A stretch of DNA of 64,000 nt. Origin: Elioraea tepida (lineage in GTDB: Bacteria; Pseudomonadota; Alphaproteobacteria; Acetobacterales; Acetobacteraceae). Below, in pieces: positions 1 through 9,854 of the stretch; position 1 is the first letter of the stretch, and the number at the start of each line of letters is the position of its first letter. Both the position numbers and the translations under genes were made by a program. The stretch is taken from contig NZ_CP076448.1 in the NCBI RefSeq assembly GCF_019203965.1, positions 3,277,282 through 3,341,281 of the forward strand, read 5' to 3'. Below the pieces are notes generated by a model. It was not told where the DNA came from. It made no database searches and saw only the letters and a program-made list of their open reading frames with translations.

Positions 1-168
1 AGCTATCTCGACGTGCTCGCACGCGATCTCGCCGTGATGGATGCCTCGGCGATCAGCCTCGCGCGCGAGAACGGGCTGCCGATCGTCGTGTTCTCAATCC
101 ACGCGCCCGGTGCCTTCGCCGAGGTGATGGCCGGCCGCGGCCGCTTCACCGTGGTGGCCGACGACTGA
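1..168 (+). CDS. pyrH: UMP kinase PyrH, C-terminal fragment (5' end lies outside the window)
   Basis: Frame-1 translation ...[31 protein letters not shown] with stop at 166-168. It sits immediately upstream of frr, as in the conserved pyrH-frr-uppS-cdsA run. Confidence 0.8.
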   Translation, partial: SYLDVLARDLAVMDASAISLARENGLPIVVFSIHAPGAFAEVMAGRGRFTVVADD

Positions 169-237
169 ACGGATCCTTCCGCATGCTACCGCGTGCCGGA
201 GGCGCCGCACCGGCATGCGCGACGAGGAGACTGACCG

Positions 238-813
238 ATGGCAAAGCCTCCGCCCACACTCGACGACATCCTCTCCGACCTCCGTCGCCGCATGGAGGGA
301 GCGCTCGAGACGCTGAAGAAGGAGTTCGCCGGCCTGCGCACCGGCAGGGCGAGCCCGGCCCTTCTCGAGCCGGTGAAGGTCGAGGTGTACGGCACGGAGA
401 TGCCGATTACCCAGCTCGGCACGATCAGCGTGCCGGAACCGCGCATGCTGACGGTCCAGGTCTGGGACCGGGGCGCCGTCGCCGCCGTCGAGAAGGCAAT
501 CCGCGAGGCGGGGCTCGGCCTTAACCCCGCCTCCGACGGCCAGCTCGTGCGCGTGCCGCTGCCTCCCCTGACTACCGAGCGTCGCAACGAGCTTGCCAAG
601 CTCGCCGGCCGGTATGCCGAGGCCGCGCGCGTCGCCGTCCGCGGGGTACGCCGCGACGGCATGGAGACCCTGAAGAAGCTCGAGAAGGATGGGCTGATTG
701 GTCAGGACCTTCACCGCGACTGGTCGGATGCCGTGCAGAAGCTGACCGACAGCTTCATCAAGCGGGTCGACGAGGCGCTCGCGGCGAAGGAGGCGGACAT
801 CCGGCAGCCCTGA
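238..813 (+). CDS. frr: Ribosome recycling factor
   Basis: 191-aa ORF with [38 protein letters not shown]... and the RRF hallmark region ([18 protein letters not shown]). Confidence 0.95.
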   Translation: MAKPPPTLDDILSDLRRRMEGALETLKKEFAGLRTGRASPALLEPVKVEVYGTEMPITQLGTISVPEPRMLTVQVWDRGAVAAVEKAIREAGLGLNPASDGQLVRVPLPPLTTERRNELAKLAGRYAEAARVAVRGVRRDGMETLKKLEKDGLIGQDLHRDWSDAVQKLTDSFIKRVDEALAAKEADIRQP

Positions 814-844
814 TCGGAACCGGGCCGGAACGGGCGCGCGCACG

Positions 845-1597
845 ATGCAGAAGCCGCTCGAGAGCCTGCCGGAGCCGGCGGGGGTCGGGGCCACGCCCGT
901 GCCGCGCCACGTCGCGATCATCATGGACGGGAACCGACGCTGGGCGGCGCGGCAGGGGCGCCCCGTCCTGTTCGGCCACCGCGCCGGCGCCGAAGCCGCG
1001 CGGCGGGCCGTGGACGCGGCGATCGACTTCGGCGTGCGCTGGCTTACCCTCTACGCCTTCTCGTCGGAGAACTGGCGTCGGCCGCAGGACGAGGTCGCCG
1101 GCCTGATGCGGCTGCTGCACCAGGGTCTCGAGCGGCACATGGACGAACTGATCGCCCGTGGCGTCCGGCTGCGCGTGATCGGCGACCGCGACCGGCTCGA
1201 CGACACAACCCGCGCCCGGATCGAGGAGGCCGAGGCGAGATCGATCCGGAACGAGCGGATCGATGTCGTGATGGCGCTCTCCTACGGCGGGCGCGACGAG
1301 ATCGCCCGCGCCGCCCGCAAACTCGCCGAGGCGGCCCAGGCCGGCCGGCTCGACCCGGCGATGATCGACGAGCGCGCCTTCGCCCGCGCCCTCTCGACGG
1401 CAGGCATGCCCGACCCTGACGTGATCGTGCGCACCTCCGGCGAGCAGCGGCTGTCGAACTTCCTGCTCTGGCAGGGAGCCTATGCCGAGCTCGTGTTCCT
1501 CGACGTGCTCTGGCCGGATTTCGACGCCTCGTGGTTCGCACGCGTGCTCGAGGCCTATGCGGGGCGGGAGCGTCGCTATGGCGCACGCCTCGGCTGA
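845..1597 (+). CDS. uppS: Undecaprenyl-diphosphate synthase (cis-prenyltransferase)
   Basis: 250-aa ORF with HVAIIMDGNRRWA, YAFSSENWRRP and LLWQGAYAELVF motifs typical of UppS. Confidence 0.95.
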   Translation: MQKPLESLPEPAGVGATPVPRHVAIIMDGNRRWAARQGRPVLFGHRAGAEAARRAVDAAIDFGVRWLTLYAFSSENWRRPQDEVAGLMRLLHQGLERHMDELIARGVRLRVIGDRDRLDDTTRARIEEAEARSIRNERIDVVMALSYGGRDEIARAARKLAEAAQAGRLDPAMIDERAFARALSTAGMPDPDVIVRTSGEQRLSNFLLWQGAYAELVFLDVLWPDFDASWFARVLEAYAGRERRYGARLG

Positions 1598-2462
1598 GCC
1601 CTCGGGGGGACAACAACACGAGCGCGGCCGCTGGGCCGACCTCCGGAAACGGGTGCTGTCCGCAGCGGTGCTCGGGCCGCTCGCCCTGCTTGCGATCTGG
1701 CTCGGTGCGGCGTGGTACACGCTGATGATCGCGACCGGTACGGCGATCCTCGCCTGGGAGTGGGTTCACCTCTGCGGCCTTCGCCTGCGCGCCTGGCCCG
1801 GGCCCGCGGTTCCGCTTGCCTTGTTCGCTGCCGGTCTCGCGGCCGTTGCCGGCGGGTACCTGCTCGCGCTGATGCTGCTGCCCGCGGGTGCCGCGCTCGC
1901 GGCCTGGGCAGCCGGGGCCGATCCGCGCCGCGCGCCTGGTGCGCCGACCCTGCGTCTCGGCGCGGGCGTCGTTTATATCGGCCTCGCCGGGATCGGGCTG
2001 ATCTGGCTGCGCGGCGACACCGAGTTCGGGCGCGCGGCGGTTCTCTTCGTGGTGCTGATCGTCTGGGCCGCCGATATCGGCGCCTATCTGCTCGGCCGCC
2101 TGGTTGGCGGGCCGAGGCTCGCCCCTGCGATCAGCCCGAACAAGACATGGTCGGGAGCATTCGGCGGGCTCGCCGCCGCCGTCGGCGCCGGGATCGGCGT
2201 AGCGGCGGCCTTCGACCCGGAGGCGCGGCAACTCCAGGTGGCCGCGCTGGCCGCCCTGCTCGGCCTCGCCTCGATCGCGGGAGACCTCCTCGAAAGCGCG
2301 ATCAAGCGGCACTTCCACGTCAAGGACAGTTCGGCTCTCATTCCAGGGCACGGCGGGCTGCTCGACCGGGTGGACGGGCTGCTCGCTGCCGTGCCGGCGG
2401 CGTGCGCGGTCGCGCTCGCCCAAGGGATGACGTCGGGAGGAGAGCGGTTCCTGTGGACATGA
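1578..2462 (+). CDS. cdsA: Phosphatidate cytidylyltransferase (CDP-diglyceride synthase)
   Basis: Polytopic membrane ORF. Start chosen at the ATG at 1578 (MAHASAEP...), overlapping the uppS stop by 20 nt. The C-terminus is CdsA-like (SPNKTWSGAFGGL, RVDGLL). Confidence 0.85.
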   Translation: MAHASAEPSGGQQHERGRWADLRKRVLSAAVLGPLALLAIWLGAAWYTLMIATGTAILAWEWVHLCGLRLRAWPGPAVPLALFAAGLAAVAGGYLLALMLLPAGAALAAWAAGADPRRAPGAPTLRLGAGVVYIGLAGIGLIWLRGDTEFGRAAVLFVVLIVWAADIGAYLLGRLVGGPRLAPAISPNKTWSGAFGGLAAAVGAGIGVAAAFDPEARQLQVAALAALLGLASIAGDLLESAIKRHFHVKDSSALIPGHGGLLDRVDGLLAAVPAACAVALAQGMTSGGERFLWT

Positions 2463-3655
2463 TCGGAGCGGGCCCCCCGGACCTTGCCGCGGAAACACCT
2501 CGGCGGGTGACGGTGCTCGGCGCCACCGGCTCGATCGGGCGCGCGACCCTCGACCTGATCGCTGCCGCTCCGGAGGGCAGTTTCGACGTCCAGGCCCTGG
2601 TTGCGAACGGCAACGCGGCGGCGCTCGCCGAAGCTGCGCGTCGGGTGCGCGCCAAGCGCGCCGTGGTGGCGGACGAACGGGCCCTGCCCGAGCTCCGCGA
2701 CGCGCTTGCCGGCACGGGGATCGACACGGCGGCCGGTGCAGACGCCGTCGTCGAGGCGGCCACCATGCCGGCTGACTGGACGATGGCCGGGATCGTTGGT
2801 GCCGCCGGGCTTGCCCCAACGCTGGCCGCTGTGGCGCAGGGCGGGATCGTCGCGATCGCGAACAAGGAGTGTCTCGTCTGCGCTGGTGCAGCGCTGATGG
2901 CGCGCGCTCGCGCCGCCGGCACCACGCTCCTGCCCGTCGACTCGGAGCACAATGCCATCTTCCAGGCGATCGCCTGCGGAGGGGCGAGTGGCATCGAAAG
3001 CATCGTGCTCACCGCCTCGGGCGGGCCCTTCTGGGGCTGGAGCCTCGAGGCGATGCGGGTCGCAAGCCCGGCCCAGGCGGTGGCCCACCCGGTCTGGCGC
3101 ATGGGCGCGAAGATCTCGATCGATTCGGCGACGATGATGAACAAGGGCCTTGAGATCATCGAGGCGGCGCATCTCTTCGGTCTGCCTGACGACCGGATCG
3201 ACGTTCTCGTCCATCGCCAGGCCCTGGTACACGGCCTCGTCTACTACGGTGACCGTTCGGTGGTTGCGACCCTCGCCCCGCCCGACATGCACACGCCGAT
3301 CGCGCATACCCTCGCCTGGCCGCGCCGCATGGCGCTCCCCCTGCCGCGGCTCGACCTCGCCGCCGCCGGGGCGCTCACCTTCGAGCGGCCGGATGTGGAG
3401 CGGTTTCCCGCCCTCAGGCTCGCGCGCGCAGCGCTCCGGGCGGGGGGCACCGCTCCTGCGGTGTTGAACGCCGCCAACGAGGTGGCGGTGCGGCTTTTCC
3501 TTGACGGGCGGATCGGCTTTCTGTCCATCGCCGCCCTGATCGAGGCCGTGCTCGACCGCGTGGCCACGACGTCGGCAGAGGACCTCGACGCCGTGCTCGC
3601 TGCCGACGCCGAGGCACGCCGTGTGGCCGAGGAGGAGACGCGAAGCTTCGCCTGA
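2459..3655 (+). CDS. dxr: 1-deoxy-D-xylulose-5-phosphate reductoisomerase
   Basis: Start MIGAGPP...RVTVLGATGSIGRATLDLI (NADPH-binding GxTGSIG) with LANKE and MNKGLEIIEA motifs. ATGA overlap with the cdsA stop. Confidence 0.9.
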   Translation: MIGAGPPDLAAETPRRVTVLGATGSIGRATLDLIAAAPEGSFDVQALVANGNAAALAEAARRVRAKRAVVADERALPELRDALAGTGIDTAAGADAVVEAATMPADWTMAGIVGAAGLAPTLAAVAQGGIVAIANKECLVCAGAALMARARAAGTTLLPVDSEHNAIFQAIACGGASGIESIVLTASGGPFWGWSLEAMRVASPAQAVAHPVWRMGAKISIDSATMMNKGLEIIEAAHLFGLPDDRIDVLVHRQALVHGLVYYGDRSVVATLAPPDMHTPIAHTLAWPRRMALPLPRLDLAAAGALTFERPDVERFPALRLARAALRAGGTAPAVLNAANEVAVRLFLDGRIGFLSIAALIEAVLDRVATTSAEDLDAVLAADAEARRVAEEETRSFA

Positions 3656-3768
3656 GCGGCGCAGCGGGGCGGGGTGTGTGACGGGGCGGTGGGAGCGGGC
3701 CGAGCGCGGCGACCCCGCTCGTGTGATATAGGGGAGGCTTCCCGGCCCGGTCGCGGCGCGGCCGCGGG

Positions 3769-4959
3769 GTGGCGCGGTCCGGCAAGGAGGATCGGGTGGA
3801 GTTTCTGTCAGGCCTGTTCGATGGCGTGCTCGGAACGGTCGTGCCGTTCCTCGTCGTCCTCGGCGTTCTGATCTTCGTCCATGAGCTTGGCCACTATCTC
3901 GCGGCGCGCTCGGTCGGCGTGCATGTCGAGGTGTTCTCGATCGGCTTCGGGCGCGCGATTCTCGGCTGGACCGGACGCGACGGCACTTATTGGAAGATCG
4001 GCTGGATCCCGCTCGGCGGCTTCGTCAAGCTGCACGGCCAGGAAAGCCCCGAGGATCGTGCCGAGGCCGAGGCGGAGGCAAGGGCGAAGGGCCTGCCGCC
4101 GCCCGCCTGGCGTGAGGGACGCACCTTCGCCGAGAAGAGTGTGGGCAAGCGCGCCTGGGTGGTTGCGGCGGGGCCGCTTGCGAATTTCCTCCTCGCCGCC
4201 GTCCTTCTCGCCGGCCTCTATGCGACGGCCGGCAGGCCCAACACCGCCCCGGTGGTGACGGCCGTACAGGAGGCTTCTGCAGCGGCTCGTGCCGGGCTGG
4301 AGCCCGGTGACCGGATCGTCGCGATCGACGGCCGGTCGATCCGGCGCTTCGAGGAGGTGCAGATGACGGTCCGGCTCCGGCCGGGCCAGACGCTCACGCT
4401 CGAGGTGGACCGTGGCGGCGCCCGCCTCGTCCTCCCCGCCACGCCGGACCGCCGCGAGCTGACAGACCGGTTCGGGAACGTCCAGGTGATCGGCCTTCTC
4501 GGTGTCTCCGGGGGCGTGCCCGAATATGCACGGCTCGACCCCGCCACCGCACTTGCCGCCGGCTTCGGGGAGACCGTGCGGCTGACGGAGCAGACGCTCG
4601 TCGCGCTGTGGCAGATGATCACCGGCCGGCGGGGGACTGACGAGATCGGCGGGCCGCTGCGAATCGCCCGGCTCTCGGGCGAGGTCGCCGAAGGCGGGGT
4701 CGCGCCTCTCATCGGGCTGATGGCGCTTCTGTCGATCAACCTCGCCCTGATCAATCTCCTGCCCATCCCCGTGCTTGATGGCGGGCACCTGATGTTCTAC
4801 GCGGCCGAGGCGATCCGGGGGCGCCCCTTGCCCCCGCGGGCGCAGGAGTACGGGTTCCGCGCCGGGCTTGCGCTGATCCTCGCCCTGTTCGTGCTCGCGA
4901 CCTGGAACGACCTCGCGCAGCTTCGGGTGATCGACTGGGTGGCTGGACTGGTCGGGTGA
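3769..4959 (+). CDS. rseP: RIP zinc metalloprotease RseP (site-2 protease)
   Basis: HELGHYLAARSVGVHVEVFSIGFG (HExxH), an internal PDZ-like segment and a C-terminal LDGGH motif. A GTG at 3796 is an alternative start. Confidence 0.9.
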   Translation: MARSGKEDRVEFLSGLFDGVLGTVVPFLVVLGVLIFVHELGHYLAARSVGVHVEVFSIGFGRAILGWTGRDGTYWKIGWIPLGGFVKLHGQESPEDRAEAEAEARAKGLPPPAWREGRTFAEKSVGKRAWVVAAGPLANFLLAAVLLAGLYATAGRPNTAPVVTAVQEASAAARAGLEPGDRIVAIDGRSIRRFEEVQMTVRLRPGQTLTLEVDRGGARLVLPATPDRRELTDRFGNVQVIGLLGVSGGVPEYARLDPATALAAGFGETVRLTEQTLVALWQMITGRRGTDEIGGPLRIARLSGEVAEGGVAPLIGLMALLSINLALINLLPIPVLDGGHLMFYAAEAIRGRPLPPRAQEYGFRAGLALILALFVLATWNDLAQLRVIDWVAGLVG

Positions 4960-5053
4960 CACCTCCTTGCCGCGACTCTATTCTCCGCCGCCGCGGCGGC
5001 GTCCTTCCGGCGCCGCTCCTGCCACAGACACGCGCCAGGATCGACCTTTCGGG

Positions 5054-7378
5054 ATGATGCGCCTCAGCCTCGCTCTTGCGCTCGTCGCCGCGCTGCTCTG
5101 TTCCGCTGCCGCGGCCGTGCGCGCGCAGCCGCAGCCAGCGCAAGGCGCCTTCGCCCTGCCCGCGCCGGGCGGCATCGTGCGTGAGGTGCGCGTCGAAGGA
5201 ACGCAGCGGATCGAGCCGGCGACGGTCCAGTCCTACATGGTGATCCAGCCGGGCGATCGGTTCGACACCGAGAACATGGACCGCTCGATCAAGACCCTCT
5301 TCGCGACCGGCCTGTTCGCGGATGTGTGGCTGCGCCGCGAAGGCGATGCGCTGATCGTGACGGTGCGCGAGAACCCGATCGTCAACCGCGTGGCGTTCGA
5401 GGGCAACCGGGCGATCGGCGACGAGGTTCTGCGCGGCGAGATCCAGACCCGCCCGCGCTCCGTCTTCACGCGCACGCAGGCGCTCGCCGATCGCCAGCGC
5501 CTGCTCGACGTCTATGCACGCCGTGGCCGCTACGCCGCGTCGATCGAGCCCAAGGTCATCGAGCTCGACCAGAACCGGGTTGATGTCGTGTTCGAGATCG
5601 TCGAGGGGCCGAGCACGCTGATCCGCCGGATCAGCTTCGTCGGCAACAAGGCGTTCAGCGCCTCCGACCTCAAGGACGCGATCGCGAGCCGCGAGAGCGC
5701 CTGGTACCGGATCCTCTCCACGGCTGACCAGTACGACCCCGAACGCCTCGCCTTCGACCGCGAGCTTTTGCGCCGCTTCTACCTCAAGAACGGCTATGTC
5801 GATGCCGAGATCACCGGCGCGGTGGCCGAGCTCTCGCCTGACCGGACGAGCTTCTTCATCACCTTCACGATCGTCGAGGGCGAGCGCTATCGCGTCGGCT
5901 CGGTCGAGATCGACAGCCGGGTGCGCAACCTCGAGCCTGAGTCGCTACGGAGCGCCATCACCCTCCGCGGCGGCGACTGGTACGGCTCGGAGGCGGTCGA
6001 GGAGAGCGTGCGGGCGCTCGAGCTCGCGGTCCAGAACGCGGGCTACGCCTTCGTCGAGATCAGGCCGCGCTTCCAGCGCAATCGGGAGCAGCGCACGGTC
6101 GACGTCACCTTCGAGGTCGTCGAAGGGCCGCGCGTGTTCGTCGAGCGGATCGACATTGTCGGCAACCAGCGGACGATGGACAAGGTGATCCGACGCGAGT
6201 TCCGGATCGCCGAAGGCGACGCCTACAACGCCGCCCGTGTGCGCCGGTCACGCCAGCGGCTGATCGACCTCAACTACTTCTCCAAGGTCGAGGTGACCAC
6301 GACGGAGGGAAGCGCGCCGGATCGCGCGATCATCACGGCGGAGGTCGAGGAGAAGGCCACCGGCGAGCTTACCCTCGGCGGCGGCTACGGCACCGACATC
6401 GGCTTCCTCGGCACGGTGGGCTTGCGCGAGCGCAATCTGGCCGGAACCGGCCTCGAGGCGCGGGCCGAAGTCACGCTCGGCCAGTTGCGCAGCGCCCTCG
6501 ACCTCTCTTTGACCGACCCCTACTTCCTCGACCGTAACCTCGTCGCCGGCATCGACCTTTTTTACATCACGCGCGACAACCAGGAGATCGCCGGGTTCGA
6601 CGAGCAGCGTCGTGGCGGCGCGGTGCGAATCGGTTACGCCATCAACGAGCACCTGCGGCAGTCCTGGTCCTACTCCTACATCGAGCGCGAGATCACCAAC
6701 GTCAGCCCCTTGGCCTCGATCTACATCCGCGATCAGGCGGGGCGGAGCACCGTCTCGATGGTCTCGCAGATCCTCACCTACGACCGGCGTGACAGCCGGA
6801 TCGACCCGACGGAGGGCTATGTCGTTCGCTTCTCGACCGAGGTCTCGGGCCTCGGCGGCAATGTCGGCTTCTTCCGCCCGCGTCTTGAAGGCATCTACTA
6901 CCAGCCGCTCGCCTTCATCACAGGCAACCGACAATGGATCCTCTCGATTCGCGGGAGTGTCGGGTTTTTGTTCCAGTACGGCGAGGTGGAGCGGATCATC
7001 GACAACTTCTTCCTCGGCGGTGAGAACCTGCGCGGCTTCGAGATCGGCGGTGCGGGCCCGCGTGATCGCACAACGGGTGACGCGCTCGGGGGCAGGCGGA
7101 TCTGGACCCAGAGCACGGAAATCAGATACCCGTTTCCCTTCGTTCCCGACGAGCTCGGCATCCACGGCCGGGCCTTCGTCGATATCGGCAATCTCGAGGA
7201 CTCGGGGCTCACCGGCCCAGGCGTCGTCAACAGCGGCCCGCCGCGTCTCGGCGCGGGCTTTGGCGTCACCTGGCGGTCGCCCTTCGGGATCGTGAACGTC
7301 GACTTGACCCCGTTCGTGGTCAAGGAACCCTACGACAAGACGCAGATCTTCCGTTTCGGCTTCGGCACGAGGTTCTGA
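5054..7378 (+). CDS. bamA: Outer membrane protein assembly factor BamA
   Basis: Start set at MMRLSLALALVAALLCSAAAAVRAQ (signal peptide). POTRA repeats (EGTQRIEPATVQSYM...) and a C-terminal beta-barrel ending ...GFGTRF. Confidence 0.9.
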   Translation: MMRLSLALALVAALLCSAAAAVRAQPQPAQGAFALPAPGGIVREVRVEGTQRIEPATVQSYMVIQPGDRFDTENMDRSIKTLFATGLFADVWLRREGDALIVTVRENPIVNRVAFEGNRAIGDEVLRGEIQTRPRSVFTRTQALADRQRLLDVYARRGRYAASIEPKVIELDQNRVDVVFEIVEGPSTLIRRISFVGNKAFSASDLKDAIASRESAWYRILSTADQYDPERLAFDRELLRRFYLKNGYVDAEITGAVAELSPDRTSFFITFTIVEGERYRVGSVEIDSRVRNLEPESLRSAITLRGGDWYGSEAVEESVRALELAVQNAGYAFVEIRPRFQRNREQRTVDVTFEVVEGPRVFVERIDIVGNQRTMDKVIRREFRIAEGDAYNAARVRRSRQRLIDLNYFSKVEVTTTEGSAPDRAIITAEVEEKATGELTLGGGYGTDIGFLGTVGLRERNLAGTGLEARAEVTLGQLRSALDLSLTDPYFLDRNLVAGIDLFYITRDNQEIAGFDEQRRGGAVRIGYAINEHLRQSWSYSYIEREITNVSPLASIYIRDQAGRSTVSMVSQILTYDRRDSRIDPTEGYVVRFSTEVSGLGGNVGFFRPRLEGIYYQPLAFITGNRQWILSIRGSVGFLFQYGEVERIIDNFFLGGENLRGFEIGGAGPRDRTTGDALGGRRIWTQSTEIRYPFPFVPDELGIHGRAFVDIGNLEDSGLTGPGVVNSGPPRLGAGFGVTWRSPFGIVNVDLTPFVVKEPYDKTQIFRFGFGTRF

Positions 7379-8232
7379 TGAGAGGCCTTTCCATCCTTGC
7401 TGCATACGCCTCGCTTGCGGCCGCTCTCGCCCTGCCGGTGCCGCTTCTGCCCTCAGGCGCGCTCGCGCAGCAGGGCGGCCAGCAGCAATGGTTCGTGCCG
7501 GGCCAGCAGCCGCAGCAGCAGCGCCCGGCCCAGCAGCAGCGCCCCGCGGCGCAGCAGCCGCAGCAGCGCCCAGCTGCGCCGGCCCAGGGGCAGGTGGCGG
7601 GGCCGCAGGACCCGGGCGCGCCGCGCCTGCCGCCCATCCAGCGAAGCGAGCCGCCGCCGCCGGCGATCATCGGCGTGGTCGGCCTTCCGGAGGTGTTCGA
7701 GGCCTCCGTCGCTGCTCGGGGCGTGCGCCAGACGGTGCAGGAGAGGCTGGCGAGGTTGAACGAGGAGGCGCAGCGGGAGCAGGCGGCGTGGCGCGAAGCC
7801 CAGACCCAGCTCGCCAACCAGCGCACCAGCCTCACCCCTGAGCAGCTGCGCGAGCGCGAGCGCGAACTGCAGGAGCGCATCACCAACGGCCAGAGGATGC
7901 TGCGCGAGCGGAACGCGCAGATCCAGCAATCGGGCCAGCGCGCCCTTGCCGAGGTCGAGCGAGTCGCCCTCTATGTGATCGGGCAGGTCGCCGAGGCGCG
8001 CGGCCTCAACCTCGTGCTAAACCGGGGCGCCGTGGTGCTTGCGATCGACGAGCTCGACATCACCCGCGCTGTGGTCGAGCAGCTGAACCGTGCGCTCCCC
8101 TCGGTGCGGGTCGAGGGGGAGGGGGCGCCGACGCCGGCCGCCGCTCCTGCGGCCCAACAGGGGCAGGCCCAGCCGACACAGCGGCCCGCGCAGCAGCCGC
8201 AACAACAGCAACAGCCGCAGCGCCGGAACTGA
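7378..8232 (+). CDS. ompH: OmpH/Skp-family periplasmic chaperone with Gln/Pro-rich low-complexity tails
   Basis: Signal peptide, then a Q/P-rich stretch (QQGGQQQ...QQQRPAQQQRPAAQQPQQ), then an OmpH core (IIGVVGLPEVFEAS...coiled coil). TGATG overlap with bamA, the usual bamA-ompH-lpxD position. Confidence 0.8.
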   Translation: MRGLSILAAYASLAAALALPVPLLPSGALAQQGGQQQWFVPGQQPQQQRPAQQQRPAAQQPQQRPAAPAQGQVAGPQDPGAPRLPPIQRSEPPPPAIIGVVGLPEVFEASVAARGVRQTVQERLARLNEEAQREQAAWREAQTQLANQRTSLTPEQLRERERELQERITNGQRMLRERNAQIQQSGQRALAEVERVALYVIGQVAEARGLNLVLNRGAVVLAIDELDITRAVVEQLNRALPSVRVEGEGAPTPAAAPAAQQGQAQPTQRPAQQPQQQQQPQRRN

Positions 8233-8256
8233 CTGCCGCTTCGGTGCCGTAACGCC

Positions 8257-9321
8257 ATGCTGGGTGACCGGCGTTTCTTTTCCGGCCGCGGCCCTTTTCC
8301 GCTCGCCGCGGTGGCGCAGGCGGCGGGAGCGTCGCTGCCGCCGGGGGCGGACCCGGAGCGCCTCATCCGCCGCCCCGAACCTCTCGAGTCGGCCGGGCCT
8401 GACTGCGTGACCTTCCTCGAAAGCGCGCGCTATGCCTCCATGCTCGGGCAGAGCAGGGCCGGAGCTTGCCTCATGCGGCCCCAGGATTCCGCCAAAGCGC
8501 CCGAGGCCATGGTCGTGCTCGCCTGCGACCAGCCCATGCTCGCCTGGGCGCGGGTGCTGGCGCTGTTCTTCCCGGAAGGTTCTCCGGGGCCGGGCGGTGT
8601 CGCGCCAGGGGCAGTGGTGCACGAGGACGCGTTCCTCGCCGCCTCCGTCACCGTGTCGCCTGGGGCGGTGATCGGGCCGCGCGCGATGATCGGCGCGGGC
8701 ACCGTGATCGGCCCGAACGCGGTGATCGGAGAGGGCGTGGTGATCGGCGAGGCCTGTTCCATCGGCGCCGGTGCCTCCGTCTCCCACGCCATCCTCGGCG
8801 ACCGGGTCTCGATCGGGCCGGGGGCGCGGATCGGCCAGCCAGGGTTCGGCTTCGTTCCCGGGCCGCGTGGCTTCGTTCCCGTTCCGCAGCTCGGCCGCGT
8901 CCTGATCGGCGACGACGTCGACATCGGCGCGAACACGACGATCGACCGCGGCAGCGCCGGAGACACGATCATCGGCGCCGGCACGCGGATCGACAACCTC
9001 GTGCAGATCGCCCACAACTGCCGCCTCGGCCGGCTCTGTGCTCTGGCGGGGCAGGTCGGCCTCTCCGGCTCGACCATCCTCGAGGACGGGGTGATGATGG
9101 GCGGCCAGGCCGGGTCGGCCGGGCATCTGCGCGTCGGCGCCCGCGCGCGCATCGGCGCCCAGGCAGGGCTGATCGGTGACGTTCCTCCGGGCGCCGACTA
9201 TCTCGGCAGCCCCGCCATGCCGATCAGGGAGTTGTGGCGTGCCGTCGCGGCGCTGAAGCGCCTCGCTGCACGGCCGGAGCGCCCGGCGGAGCGTGGCGCG
9301 CCGGGCACGGACAAGGCATAA
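8257..9321 (+). CDS. lpxD: UDP-3-O-(3-hydroxyacyl)glucosamine N-acyltransferase
   Basis: 354-aa ORF with left-handed beta-helix hexapeptide repeats (IGPRAMIGAGTVIGPNAVIGEGVVIGEACSIGAG) and the LpxD N-terminal domain. Confidence 0.9.
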   Translation: MLGDRRFFSGRGPFPLAAVAQAAGASLPPGADPERLIRRPEPLESAGPDCVTFLESARYASMLGQSRAGACLMRPQDSAKAPEAMVVLACDQPMLAWARVLALFFPEGSPGPGGVAPGAVVHEDAFLAASVTVSPGAVIGPRAMIGAGTVIGPNAVIGEGVVIGEACSIGAGASVSHAILGDRVSIGPGARIGQPGFGFVPGPRGFVPVPQLGRVLIGDDVDIGANTTIDRGSAGDTIIGAGTRIDNLVQIAHNCRLGRLCALAGQVGLSGSTILEDGVMMGGQAGSAGHLRVGARARIGAQAGLIGDVPPGADYLGSPAMPIRELWRAVAALKRLAARPERPAERGAPGTDKA

Positions 9322-9362
9322 GGGCGAAACGACGGTCGGTGCGGGACGGAGCGCGACGGGCG

Positions 9363-9854
9363 ATGGAAGCGAGTGTGACCGGGACGGAGGCGCGGCCGGC
9401 CGGGCCGCGGCGCATCGAGGCGCTGGACATCCAGCGGATCATGCAGGCCATTCCCCACCGCTATCCCTTCCTCCTGATCGACCGTGTCGAGGACGTGGTG
9501 CCCGATGCCTCGGCGGTCGGCATCAAGAACGTCTCGATCAACGAGCAGTTCTTCCAGGGCCACTTTCCCGTCCATCCGGTGATGCCAGGCGTGCTGATCA
9601 TCGAGAGCATGGCCCAGACCGCTGCCGTGCTCGTGGTGGAGACGCTCGGGCCTGATGCGGCGGGCAAGGTGGTCTATTTCATGCTCATCGAGAATGCCAA
9701 GTTCCGCCGCCCCGTCGTCCCCGGCGACCAGATGCGGATTCACGTCCGCAAGGAGCGCAACCGGGGCAATGTCTGGAAGTTCTCCGCCGAGGCGAAGGTC
9801 GATGGCCAGGTCGTTGCGGAGGCGACCTATGCCGCGATGATCATGGACCGTTGA
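9363..9854 (+). CDS. fabZ: 3-hydroxyacyl-ACP dehydratase FabZ
   Basis: Start at MEASVTGT. Hotdog-fold motifs PHRYPFLLIDRV, NEQFFQGHFP and PGVLIIESMAQ. Confidence 0.9.
   Translation: MEASVTGTEARPAGPRRIEALDIQRIMQAIPHRYPFLLIDRVEDVVPDASAVGIKNVSINEQFFQGHFPVHPVMPGVLIIESMAQTAAVLVVETLGPDAAGKVVYFMLIENAKFRRPVVPGDQMRIHVRKERNRGNVWKFSAEAKVDGQVVAEATYAAMIMDR

Noticed and set aside
1044-2819. Long antisense ORFs throughout, on the strand opposite the called genes (e.g. 1044-2819 -, 9827-11830 -, 10947-13652 -, 15554-17644 -, 19852-21447 -, 30608-32689 -, 31357-32880 -, 35487-37253 -, 62239-63771 -, 53156-54064 +)
   Set aside because: Translations are Arg/Gly/Pro/Ala-rich low-complexity with no domain signatures. 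They are the expected stop-poor shadow frames of about 70% GC coding sequence and overlap well-supported genes.
4985-5000. Perfect GC palindrome gccgccgcggcggc between rseP and bamA, considered as a terminator
   Set aside because: It is very short, has no U-tract, and rseP/bamA are usually co-transcribed. A trivial palindrome of this kind in GC-rich DNA is insufficient evidence.
7470-7620. CAG-rich repetitive DNA, considered as a possible repeat or CRISPR-like array
   Set aside because: It is an in-frame poly-Gln/Pro coding tract inside ompH. There are no direct repeats with unique spacers and no cas genes.
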